A stretch of 64,000 bases of DNA, from positions 32,001-96,000 of the IMG/VR virus record IMGVR_UViG_3300042090_003221, one strand, 5' to 3'. Origin of the DNA: a virus. The position numbers were made by a program, and so were the translations under genes. Under the pieces are notes generated by a model. It ran no database searches and was not told the origin of the DNA. It saw nothing but the letters and a program-made list of their open reading frames with translations. Shown here in pieces: positions 26,949 through 36,085 of this stretch. The number at the start of each line of letters is the position of its first letter. Within the stretch, counting starts at the first letter, position 1.

Positions 26949-27715
26949 GTCTTCCGGGCCGTCTTAATCAGGTCCGACCACATGGCGTCAGCTAATTTCT
27001 GCGCGTGGTCGGAAAACATGCCGGCAGAGGATTTCTTGGTTTCATACGCGACGAAGCTTTCGGCCATGAACTCGAAAATGTTCTCCGCGCCATACGCTGA
27101 GGTCTGATTGTTAACAATGTTCAACGGACCTTTCCCACTATAACCCAGGTGCCCGTAGACGATTTTCCAGAATTTCTTGAAGCCTATCTTGTCTTCTAGT
27201 TTCGACGCGAGCAGGTGCCCGAATTCATGCGTCATGACGCCGCCGACGGAAGGGTCATTCATCATTCCGTCCCATTCCTTGGCGTATTTTTCTAGGCCTT
27301 CTTTTGTCCATGCTTTAGGACTCAGATTTATGTTGTTTCCGGAGCGATAAGCCAGCGCTCCCTCGCGTTCGTTTTCTTCTACCTTCGGTGACCCCGCCTC
27401 CGGATATTTTTTCGAAAGCTCGGCGACCCTGGAGTGCGCGACGGTCTTATGGTCATTCTTTCCCCGGACCTCGGAAATGTTTTTGCCCGTAAATTTTCCG
27501 CCTAGACCGCCTTTGACTTCGCCGTTAGCGCCGAGCAATACAGGGGATCCGGGGCCTTCTTTGTTGCCGTGAACTGTGATCCACTTCTCGCCAGCATCCA
27601 TTGCCAGGGCGCGCCATCCTGCCCGCGCCGCCCTCACCTTGCCGTCCTGCGCAAGGCGCGGCTTCGCTACAGCGGCGGCAAAGCTTCGCCAACCGCTCGC
27701 AAGTGCGTCGGGCAT
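26945..27715 (-). CDS. Putative virion cargo protein with zincin-like metallopeptidase
   Basis: HEFGH..SAYGAENIFEFMAESF; N-term GWRSFAA..LAMDAGEKWITVH. Confidence 0.75.
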   Translation of the reverse strand: MPDALASGWRSFAAAVAKPRLAQDGKVRAARAGWRALAMDAGEKWITVHGNKEGPGSPVLLGANGEVKGGLGGKFTGKNISEVRGKNDHKTVAHSRVAELSKKYPEAGSPKVEENEREGALAYRSGNNINLSPKAWTKEGLEKYAKEWDGMMNDPSVGGVMTHEFGHLLASKLEDKIGFKKFWKIVYGHLGYSGKGPLNIVNNQTSAYGAENIFEFMAESFVAYETKKSSAGMFSDHAQKLADAMWSDLIKTARKT

Positions 27716-27750
27716 GGTGTAGAGGTTCCCTGTTTCAGGAGGCGGGTCTG

Positions 27751-28104
27751 ATGATCGACGCGGCGACGCTTGCCGAGGCGCTCCAAATTCCGGAGCGGTT
27801 CTTGACGGCGACGGATTCGGCGCTTGGCGATTTTGTCGAGGCGCTCAATCTCGCTTCAGAGGCCGTGACTGTGGACACGGGGCGCGGCGCGCGCGCAATA
27901 CTCCGTCCCGACGGGAGCCCTGCCGAAGCCGGCGACTTCCGTCAAGGGGAGCGCATTGAGCTCCGCGAATATCAAGTAGGGAATATGGTCGCGAGCTCGA
28001 CCGCCGGCCCGGTCTTCTGGAACGACGGCAGCTTCTTTATCGACGGCGGCGGCAACCGGAAACAGCGCCGGGCGGCGCGGTCTTCGCGCGCTGGTACGCG
28101 ATGA
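27751..28104 (+). CDS. Antisense hypothetical protein
   Basis: AGGAGG RBS. Confidence 0.6.
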   Translation: MIDAATLAEALQIPERFLTATDSALGDFVEALNLASEAVTVDTGRGARAILRPDGSPAEAGDFRQGERIELREYQVGNMVASSTAGPVFWNDGSFFIDGGGNRKQRRAARSSRAGTR

Positions 28105-28141
28105 CCGACTCCGCGAGGGGGCCGTTCAGAGGCGCCGCGGC

Positions 28142-28369
28142 TTAGTTGACCGTGGGCGCCGGCGTGGCGGGCGGCGACACCGGCGCCGCGGGATCGCGCG
28201 GGACAGCCGGGACGTTGACCCAGAACTCGCCGTCCTGACCCTGCCATTTCTGTTTCAGGCTGCCGTCGGGGCCGAAGCACAGATAGGCCGTCGGGGTCGG
28301 ATAGGCGCCAACCGCGGCGTTGACCGCGGCCTCAGTCGCCTCGATGCTCTCGCGCATTGCATCAACCAT
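28142..28369 (-). CDS. Hypothetical protein
   Basis: AAGGAG RBS downstream of MuF. Confidence 0.6.
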   Translation of the reverse strand: MVDAMRESIEATEAAVNAAVGAYPTPTAYLCFGPDGSLKQKWQGQDGEFWVNVPAVPRDPAAPVSPPATPAPTVN

Positions 28370-28384
28370 AGTCTCTTCTCCTTG

Positions 28385-29158
28385 TTAAAACGGGATAATC
28401 GGCTCTCCGACGCATCGGCAATTGAAGATCTGGCCGGGCAGGGAGTGATGGTCCGGGGGATCGCAGAGCGGCGGGTTGAGGTATTCAAACGCTTTGCCGT
28501 TCAGCCTGCGGTGACCGGGGCGGACATCGGAGTCGCCGATCGTGCGCCAGATGAAGTGGGTGCATCCGATCGACTGCGCCCGGGTCTGCGTCAGCACGCT
28601 CCCGGTGCGGGCAACCTCGGTGCGCGCGATCAGCGTCGCCCTCGAGCGCGAGACCTCGCCGGTGCGCATGATCTCGGCGATGTAGGCCGCGGGTCGCTTC
28701 CCCTCGGTGATGCCGGCGAGCGTGACCTTGCGGACGCGCTCCGCGGCCTCGCGCGGAATCGAGGTGATGAGCGAGGTCTGCTCGTTGAGCAGCGCCTGCA
28801 TGACGCCGCCGACGGGGGTGTCGTCGATCTCGCGCCGCAGGTTGCGGCCGATGCGCGCCGCGGCCTCCTTCCAGCCCTGGAGGTCGCGCGAAGACATCTC
28901 GGTGATCATGCGCGTCGTCACGGAGCGCGCCCAGGGATCAAGGATCTTGGCGTATTGCTCGAGCTGGATCTGGACCGCCTCATAGACCGCGGGGTCGGTG
29001 AGGTCGAACCCCGCGATGAGGTCTTGAACGACCTGCGCCACCTTGCGGAGCTGGCGCGCGTACTTGCCCTCGACAACGCGGGCGCGCTTGTACGCCTTGC
29101 CGGCCGGAGTGTCTCCGGCGCGGTCGAAGGCGTGGTCGAGGCGGACGAGGGCGTTCAC
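28385..29158 (-). CDS. Head morphogenesis protein (MuF/SPP1 gp7 family), short form
   Basis: RATLIARTE..WRTIGDSDVRPGH..PGQIFNCRC; GTG start inferred. Confidence 0.9.
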   Translation of the reverse strand: MNALVRLDHAFDRAGDTPAGKAYKRARVVEGKYARQLRKVAQVVQDLIAGFDLTDPAVYEAVQIQLEQYAKILDPWARSVTTRMITEMSSRDLQGWKEAAARIGRNLRREIDDTPVGGVMQALLNEQTSLITSIPREAAERVRKVTLAGITEGKRPAAYIAEIMRTGEVSRSRATLIARTEVARTGSVLTQTRAQSIGCTHFIWRTIGDSDVRPGHRRLNGKAFEYLNPPLCDPPDHHSLPGQIFNCRCVGEPIIPF

Positions 29159-29349
29159 GAGACGGCCCGCATCCGCAGCTCGCGCCGGCGTCTTGCGATG
29201 GCAGCCTTGACCTCCTCGACGCCGAGAACCGACGGAAAGCGAGCGCTCATGCAATGACCCGTCACGTCGTCGAGATACGTTGCTGTCGTGCCGTATTGAT
29301 CGCCGTAGACGTAGGGACGAACGATAATCATTGAAATAAAGTCGTTCAT
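29155..29349 (-). CDS. Hypothetical protein
   Basis: GTGA overlap with MuF. Confidence 0.5.
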   Translation of the reverse strand: MNDFISMIIVRPYVYGDQYGTTATYLDDVTGHCMSARFPSVLGVEEVKAAIARRRRELRMRAVS

Positions 29350-29427
29350 GGTCCTACCCGTTCAAAACGCGCCTTACGAGGGCGCCGTGGATCCAGTCGA
29401 CGTTGAGCCACCACGCCATTGCCCCGC

Positions 29428-29841
29428 TCAACCGAAAGGATACCCCGCCCCCGCCATGAGCGGAGAGACGTGCATGCCGGTGAACATGGCGAGCGACTGC
29501 CCCGGCCCGAGCGCGAGGACGAATGTCTCGCGCGGTTCCCCCGCTGCGGCGCCGTCCCTGTCCGCGCCGAGGATTAGCAGAGGGGAGGCCTCAAGATCAG
29601 CGCTGCGGGTCGCTGCGCTGACCGTCAACCAGAAGCCCGGCAGATAGGCGTGTACGGTGACGGTCTGGCTGTTGCCGAACTCGTCCGTCGCCGTGGAGGT
29701 TGTGTCGCCCGCATCAGACCAGACCTGCAGGCCAAGATTGACGACGTCGAGTCTCCAGCCCTCAGCGGTGACGTAGGCGGCGAGTGCCGGGTCGGCGATG
29801 GCGTCGGCCGGCGTCAGAGCGCAGAAGAGGTAGTCGATCAT
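29428..29841 (-). CDS. Putative fiber-associated protein
   Basis: Follows fiber-like gene. Confidence 0.5.
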   Translation of the reverse strand: MIDYLFCALTPADAIADPALAAYVTAEGWRLDVVNLGLQVWSDAGDTTSTATDEFGNSQTVTVHAYLPGFWLTVSAATRSADLEASPLLILGADRDGAAAGEPRETFVLALGPGQSLAMFTGMHVSPLMAGAGYPFG

Positions 29842-29850
29842 CTCATCGCC

Positions 29851-31635
29851 TCAATTGTTCAAGAGATTGGGACCGCAAGATAAGGCCACGCGAGAAATTA
29901 GGCCATTGTAGGGGTTGTTGCCCTGTGCGTTGCCGATTGTGATTGGCGAAGCAAATGCGGGGAGGGCCGCTGCAACGGGAGCTGATAAGACACCATTGAA
30001 GCGGGACGTGAGCGTCGTTGTCGTGATGGAAGACGCAAACCTGCCAGAAACTCCCACGGACTGCGCCGCTTGCACTGTAGTGGCAAGGGTTGTCCCATTG
30101 TAGGACCACGCCGAGGGAATGCCGATAGTTCCATAACGTCGGTGCAGATAGTAACCAGAGCCAGCGGGCCAGTATAGCGCGACTTGATCCTGTGCGGTGC
30201 TGCCGGTGATTGGTTCATAGGGCGTCGAAACCGTCAGCATCGAACGCGAGGTAGACGCGCCGCAATTCGGGGCCGGGAGGTTGATTATCGTAAGCGCCCG
30301 TGTCACTGCGCCTGAACTCGTCAGTATCGGACCCGTGGCGAAACCCAGCGCCGAGTTGTCGGTTGGCGTCAGGTTGACGGTCGGGTTCGTCGTGAATAGC
30401 GCGCCTGTTATCCCAATCGAGCCGACGTTCTGCGAGTTGTTGACAGTCCAACTAAGTCCGCTGCCGCCAGTGATGACGGTTCCGGCCGAAATTCCAGTAC
30501 CAGTTAGTGTCTGCCCGATGACGATTGAGCCCAGTGAAACCGACGAGACGGTAAGCGTAGTTCCGGAAATGGCGCCTTGGAAATATGAGTCAAACAGGTA
30601 CGCGCCAGCGGGGGGCAGGGAAGAGTAAGAACCTCCAACCGGGACAGAATTGACGCTTGCGACGCCGCCAGAAATGCTGACGTTGACCTGGGCGGTTGTA
30701 GTGCTCGTACCGAACGCAACGTACATATTTCTCGGCGTTGTGCCCGTTCCGCCAGCGCCGCCACTCGCAATCGCCGCGCTCGCGACGGTGGCGGGCAGGT
30801 TGGGGTTAAGCTCGATCTGCGGTTGCCAGAAACGTACCGTGACATCGACTGTAGCGGTCGATGAGTTTAAATTCACAACGAAAGCTGGATAAACAAAAGC
30901 CGTCGCGGACAGCAAGGGAGTCGCTGAAACGACCATCAATTGTCTATTAGCAAGAGCGGCTACCGACGTCGAAGACGTCTTGTTAGAGACAAACGATCCA
31001 CCACTGTTGACGAAGTCAACATTGTAACCTATTGAATTTATATTTGCGACATTCGGTGATGCGATAATCTGCGCATAAACGGACTGACTCCAAGTCTGTC
31101 CGTAACTCGCAGTGATCTGCGTTGACGCCTCGAATGATAAGCCAGGAAACTGATACGACGCCGTGCCGTAGAAGCGCACGTCGACGTAGTTCATGCCATA
31201 GCTGACGCCGGTCGAGACGATCTGCGTCGATAATCCCGGGGCGTAGAGAGACCAATACTGCGGCGGCGTACCCGGGGTTCCAACAACCGCACCCTGCATT
31301 GTTGAATTGCGAATCCCGTTCGTCCGCGCCTCCCACGCCCACAAGCCACAGCCCAGCGTGATCGCGGGAGTATTGGCGGGGAACGGGCCGTAGAGTTGGG
31401 CGTTGCAGACTTCATATTCCTGCGAGGCGCGCGAGACGTTAAGCTGGCTGGGCGTCAGGCCCCAATAGCGGGAGTGAGCGAAGTCCATGTCCGGGTTCGC
31501 GGCGGGCAAGATCCAGCCGGGCGGATTCCCGATCACCGGGAAGATATTTTTCGAGACCGCGGCCGCGGAGCCGGCGCTGAGCAGCGCGCAAACCGCCGCG
31601 AATAGGCTGAGAGCCCTGATCAAACGCGAGGTCAT
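29851..31635 (-). CDS. Head spike/fiber-like protein with signal-peptide-like N-terminus
   Basis: GLWAWEARTNGIRNS, WQPQIE, FATGPILTSSGAVTRA motifs; S/T/G-rich; N-term hydrophobic helix ending AAA. Confidence 0.6.
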   Translation of the reverse strand: MTSRLIRALSLFAAVCALLSAGSAAAVSKNIFPVIGNPPGWILPAANPDMDFAHSRYWGLTPSQLNVSRASQEYEVCNAQLYGPFPANTPAITLGCGLWAWEARTNGIRNSTMQGAVVGTPGTPPQYWSLYAPGLSTQIVSTGVSYGMNYVDVRFYGTASYQFPGLSFEASTQITASYGQTWSQSVYAQIIASPNVANINSIGYNVDFVNSGGSFVSNKTSSTSVAALANRQLMVVSATPLLSATAFVYPAFVVNLNSSTATVDVTVRFWQPQIELNPNLPATVASAAIASGGAGGTGTTPRNMYVAFGTSTTTAQVNVSISGGVASVNSVPVGGSYSSLPPAGAYLFDSYFQGAISGTTLTVSSVSLGSIVIGQTLTGTGISAGTVITGGSGLSWTVNNSQNVGSIGITGALFTTNPTVNLTPTDNSALGFATGPILTSSGAVTRALTIINLPAPNCGASTSRSMLTVSTPYEPITGSTAQDQVALYWPAGSGYYLHRRYGTIGIPSAWSYNGTTLATTVQAAQSVGVSGRFASSITTTTLTSRFNGVLSAPVAAALPAFASPITIGNAQGNNPYNGLISRVALSCGPNLLNN

Positions 31636-31643
31636 GCTCGATC

Positions 31644-32234
31644 TCAGTTCTGCGGGCCGGATAGCGACAAGGACAGCGTCGCGGAGGCGCCGGGAACGTC
31701 GGCGGCGACAGTTTGCAGGCAGGCGTAGAGGTTCTGCGTCGACGTGCCGTCCGCGTTCTTGTAGTCCCACGACAGATTCGTGAGGGGCGCGTAGGTTTTG
31801 GCGTCGCCGGTTGTGATCTGGGGGGCGGCAAACGAAATCGAGACCGGGCCAGCGCCGATGAGATAGGCGTCGTCGGTTGTGCTCGACGCGAAAGCTGCGT
31901 TGTCGGCGCAGGTCGTGTTGGTTGGGTTTTTGTTCCACACCCGCACGACATAGGTCTGCGTCGAGCCCCAAGAGGTCCAGGCGAGCAGCGACGTGATTAT
32001 GCCTGAGCCTCCGTTGCTCCGCCCGAGCGGAATGGTGATCAGTCCGCCGACGGACACGCCCGCGGCGTGCGACGCCGCGGCAGGAGAGGTCGTCGTATGC
32101 TGTGGGCCGCTATCATAGCCGCCCACCGCTCCGAGGCTGAGCCCAGGCAGCTGCGGCGGGTCAGCATACGCCGGGATGGTGGCAAGCATAGACGCCGCCA
32201 ACAAGGCCGTCGACGCGAGGAAAAGCCTGTTCAT
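31644..32234 (-). CDS. Beta-rich protein with Sec-type signal peptide
   Basis: MNRLFLASTALLAASMLATIPAYA|DPP. Confidence 0.6.
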   Translation of the reverse strand: MNRLFLASTALLAASMLATIPAYADPPQLPGLSLGAVGGYDSGPQHTTTSPAAASHAAGVSVGGLITIPLGRSNGGSGIITSLLAWTSWGSTQTYVVRVWNKNPTNTTCADNAAFASSTTDDAYLIGAGPVSISFAAPQITTGDAKTYAPLTNLSWDYKNADGTSTQNLYACLQTVAADVPGASATLSLSLSGPQN

Positions 32235-32271
32235 ACGTAGATCTCCATGAGAGTTGAAGGGTCAGCGCCCG

Positions 32272-34278
32272 CTACGTGGAGGGCTTGAGCGGCTTGGTCA
32301 CTTCGGGCGATGCCGGCGGCGAGCCCTTGGCTGCAGGCTTCGGCGCCGGCTTCGGCAGCTTCGGCGGCTTCAGCGCGGCGAGCTGGTGCGCATGAGGCGC
32401 GGGGGCCGCCGGCTTCGGGGCCGCAGGAGCTGCGGGAGCACCGCCCTCGGCCGGGAGGTCACCACCCAGATCGCCCGGCTTTCCGGGGGATCCGCCTGGA
32501 TTTGCGCCACCCAGAGCACCGCCCTGTTCCGTCCCGCCCGGGGCGCCGGGAGCGCCCGGCGGGCCGCCCATACCCGGCGGCATGCCCGGGGGACCGTCGC
32601 CCTGCGGCTCCGGCGGATCCTCGTCGGCCTTCGCGATGTCGTCGTCGGTTATCTCGATTCCGACGCCGGTGACCGCGGACGAGGTCCGGATCATCTGCAG
32701 CGCCTTCTTCGGCCCGATCAACTGCGCGTCGAGCATCTTGGTCACGGCGTCGACGACCGTGCCCGCCATCGTCGCCTTTTCAGCATGCGTCATCGGGTAG
32801 GGGACGCTCGCGTCGGAGTTAAGCGCGGCATAGGGGCCGTCGGTGTCGGCGGTGACGCGGTTGCGCTCCTCTTGACCCGAGATCGCGCGCGACTCCACCA
32901 GCGTCTTGCCTGTGTCCGCGTCGGCCTTGCGCAGGTCCGCCTTCTCCTGTTCGGTAAGCTCGATCAGGGGCACGAACTTGAAGATGATGTCCTCGTCGAC
33001 GTCCCCGAACTCGTCGAGCTGGATCACGCGAACGACGGTCTCAAGATTCGGCCGCAGGGTCGCTTCCTGATAGGAGAGAACACGATCCTCCCAGCAACGC
33101 ATTTCCTGATCGCCCGACGCGTTGAGGCCGCTCGGCGAAATGCCCGTGAGCTTGACCAGCGGGATCTGCGTGATCGACGCCATGTGCTCTTGCGCCTGGG
33201 ACTGGATGCCCTCGAGGCCGGAAATGGGCGCGGAGACGTTGGCGAACGCCTCCTTGTCCTTGTCGATCGCCAAAACGCCGCTGTTCGTTTTCGTGGCGTT
33301 GAAGACGTCGACGCGGTTGAAGAAGGCCTCGCCGCCGCCGCCCGCGAGGATATCGGCCATGTTCGTGGAGAGCACGAACGTCGAGAACGCCTTGACGATC
33401 GAGGTGACGCCCTGACGGACGTCCAGCCAGTTGTCGACGTAGGGGCGCGCCATCTGCGTGGCGCTGAGGCCCGCGAACGCATAGGCGGGCTTCAGAATGT
33501 CGGGGACCTCGCGCGCCACAAAGGTCAGGAACCGGCTCGCATGCACTTGCTGGCCGAGCACGAACCACTGCGAGGGCTTATAGAAGTCGGCCGCCAGCGG
33601 GTTGCTGGAATTGTAGCTCTGGGGGAAACACCAGACGGGCTCCACGACCCTGATATCGCGCAGCGTGCCCTGTACGATCTTGGCTTTGGACACGTCGGAG
33701 TTGCCGCGGCCGATGTCCTCGATGAGCTCCGGCCCTTGGACGTCGCCGAAATCCATGAACCAGTGACCGCGGCCGAAGAGGCAGTCGTGCTCGAGAACCT
33801 CGCGCGCCTTGGACTGCAGGTTGAGGCGTGTGATCCTCTCCTCGATTTTCTTGATCCGCTCCTTCTTGTCCTTCCCACCGGCGCTTGAGAATTCGATCCA
33901 GTTGCGGCTCGCTTCGGTCGCGACCGTTTCGGCGATGAGGCGGTACTCGCCGCGCTGCGCGAGGATCGAAAGCAGCGGGAACCCCAGGAACTGCTGCCCT
34001 TCCTCGGAGCCCCAGCCGCCGCTATAGGCCCAGGACTCGACCTCTTGAGCGCTCGCCGCGTCGTCGAGCGCCATCTCGGGCGTCCCGGCCGGCACGACGC
34101 CGGGGCGGGGCTTGTAGGCCTCGAACACCCTGCCTCGCGCCGCGGACGCGCCGCGCCTGCTCTTGGCTCGCGCCGCCGTCGCTGCGGAGACAGCGAACTT
34201 CTCCGGCGCCGGCATCAGGGCAAGCGCGGCCTTCGCCGTCTTGCCGCCCGAGCGCTTGACTTTGGTCTTTTTACCCAC
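32272..34278 (-). CDS. Portal protein (DUF1073-like) with Pro/Gly-rich tail
   Basis: FLGFPLLSILAQRGEYR, VHASRFL, IPLVKLTGISPSGLNASG. Confidence 0.9.
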   Translation of the reverse strand: MGKKTKVKRSGGKTAKAALALMPAPEKFAVSAATAARAKSRRGASAARGRVFEAYKPRPGVVPAGTPEMALDDAASAQEVESWAYSGGWGSEEGQQFLGFPLLSILAQRGEYRLIAETVATEASRNWIEFSSAGGKDKKERIKKIEERITRLNLQSKAREVLEHDCLFGRGHWFMDFGDVQGPELIEDIGRGNSDVSKAKIVQGTLRDIRVVEPVWCFPQSYNSSNPLAADFYKPSQWFVLGQQVHASRFLTFVAREVPDILKPAYAFAGLSATQMARPYVDNWLDVRQGVTSIVKAFSTFVLSTNMADILAGGGGEAFFNRVDVFNATKTNSGVLAIDKDKEAFANVSAPISGLEGIQSQAQEHMASITQIPLVKLTGISPSGLNASGDQEMRCWEDRVLSYQEATLRPNLETVVRVIQLDEFGDVDEDIIFKFVPLIELTEQEKADLRKADADTGKTLVESRAISGQEERNRVTADTDGPYAALNSDASVPYPMTHAEKATMAGTVVDAVTKMLDAQLIGPKKALQMIRTSSAVTGVGIEITDDDIAKADEDPPEPQGDGPPGMPPGMGGPPGAPGAPGGTEQGGALGGANPGGSPGKPGDLGGDLPAEGGAPAAPAAPKPAAPAPHAHQLAALKPPKLPKPAPKPAAKGSPPASPEVTKPLKPST

Positions 34279-35902
34279 GTCGCATCCCTCGCGGCGGCAC
34301 GCCGGCCCGGCGCATTGCCTCTTGACTGATAATCATTGGTCGATTGACGCCTGACATTCGGATCATCACGGCGTCGGCAAGGTTCGGCGACTTTGTGCCG
34401 TCAGGCGCCTTGTTGATGACGATCTTGCCGACGGTGTTTGTTTTGAACGTCGGTTGCGATAGCTCGGCGACGAGCTTGGCACGGTGCTTGAGCCCTAACG
34501 GAATCGAGATCAGCTCATCAGGGCTGGCCTTGACGCCCTCAGTCACGGCGCGGAATGTTTTCTGAAAGCGGGTCCGCAAGGACCACCACTTTTGCGCCTT
34601 GAGGTTCAGGAAGTAGTCTTCGTTTTTGCGGCCCCTGACGTCCTCGGACGATGGCTCATCGACGCCAGCGGAGCCGCGGAACATTTGCACGCTGATGGTG
34701 CGAGCGTTGCGCTTAGCCCGCTCTTCATTGATCACGCGTGCGTCGCCGCGCACCCCAGCGCCTAGACCGTCGCCGTCGTAGGTGAAGCCGTCGTAGCCGT
34801 GCTCCTCGCAGAAGCCAAATACCTTGATGACGGTCCCGAATATGTCGTCGCCCTTGCCGGACCACTCCTCGAGCGCCTCGAGCACGACGCCGTGCGCGCC
34901 GCAGTACGCGTTGAGATCCTTGCCCTCGTCGGCGACATCGAGCGCGCCGTAGCGCGAACCGGTCGGCTTGAAGTCGAGCACGACATGGGCGTCGATCGCG
35001 GCCTGGACCCAGGCGGAGGGAATGAGGACGCCTGCGACCGAAGACGCGAAATCGATGTCGATTTCCTGCGCGATCGTGACGGGATCGAGGTCGACGAGCT
35101 GCTTCTGATACCAGACCTCGTCTTTGCGAGGATCGTCACGCCAGTGGAAGCGGAAGACCCTCTCCTCGGGCCATTCGACGACCTTGCGGTGGAACGGGTT
35201 CCCGAGGCCGTTCGCGGTGCTGATATCGATGCGGCATGTCGTGGTTTGCGATAGCGCGGCGTCGACGGTTTCGGGCCGCTCGAGGTACGCGGCCTCGTCA
35301 ACGAAATAGATCGAGGCGCGGTCGCCGCGGCCGATGTTGTCGCCGGCCTCGCCGGTCATGATCGACTCGGTGTCGCGGAACATGATCCGCATGTACGGAG
35401 CGTCGTTCTTGGGGTCGAAGTTGCCGCGGAACTCCGGCGGCAGGAGCTCGACGAACTTTCGCGCCTTCCAGAACAGGGACTTCGGGGCGCCGAGCTTGTC
35501 GACGTATTCCTCTTTGCGTGACCCCCAGCCGATCGCGACGCCCTCGTTGAACAGGCAGAGCGTGCAGGACAGCGCGATGGCGACCCAGGACGCGCCGGAC
35601 TCACGCGACTTCGGCGACACCCCGGGCTCGCAGGCGCGCCAGCGCGCTAGGATCCAGTTCACGAGCTCGCGCTGGCGCGGGAACAAAATAAAAGGAACGA
35701 TCGGCGGGAGCCCAAGCGCGATGTTGCGCGGGTCGAAAGTGCAGCCCCAATCCGAGATGAAGTCGGCGGGGTTATCTTTGTAGTGCGCCCTCAGCGCCGG
35801 GAGGAGCTCAGGTTTGGCGCGGATCTCTCTATAAGTCTTGGTTCTTTGTGCGAAAACCCGGGGGTAGTCCGGATTCTTGTGGTCGAACCAATCAAGGTGC
35901 AT
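34271..35902 (-). CDS. terL: Terminase large subunit
   Basis: KSRESGASW (Walker A variant), GRGDR..FVDEAA (Walker B), LDVADEGKD, SPNLADA. Confidence 0.92.
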   Translation of the reverse strand: MHLDWFDHKNPDYPRVFAQRTKTYREIRAKPELLPALRAHYKDNPADFISDWGCTFDPRNIALGLPPIVPFILFPRQRELVNWILARWRACEPGVSPKSRESGASWVAIALSCTLCLFNEGVAIGWGSRKEEYVDKLGAPKSLFWKARKFVELLPPEFRGNFDPKNDAPYMRIMFRDTESIMTGEAGDNIGRGDRASIYFVDEAAYLERPETVDAALSQTTTCRIDISTANGLGNPFHRKVVEWPEERVFRFHWRDDPRKDEVWYQKQLVDLDPVTIAQEIDIDFASSVAGVLIPSAWVQAAIDAHVVLDFKPTGSRYGALDVADEGKDLNAYCGAHGVVLEALEEWSGKGDDIFGTVIKVFGFCEEHGYDGFTYDGDGLGAGVRGDARVINEERAKRNARTISVQMFRGSAGVDEPSSEDVRGRKNEDYFLNLKAQKWWSLRTRFQKTFRAVTEGVKASPDELISIPLGLKHRAKLVAELSQPTFKTNTVGKIVINKAPDGTKSPNLADAVMIRMSGVNRPMIISQEAMRRAGVPPRGMRRG

Positions 35903-36085
35903 TTGCGGCTTACGGCTCTATCTATGAGGCCAAAACGAAGCGGCCCGGCTCATTGTGAGAACCGGGCCGCAGGCGTCGATCCGCGTCGACGCTCGCCTAC
36001 TCGAACCGTCCGTCGCCACAGTCTGGGGCGCTCGGGTTGCCTTTGGTTCTTTCGCTAGTATTTCAGAACGGCAGTAGCCAGCGGG

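Noticed and set aside
29851-31635. Diversity-generating retroelement target
   Set aside because: No reverse transcriptase or TR/VR repeat pair seen in the window
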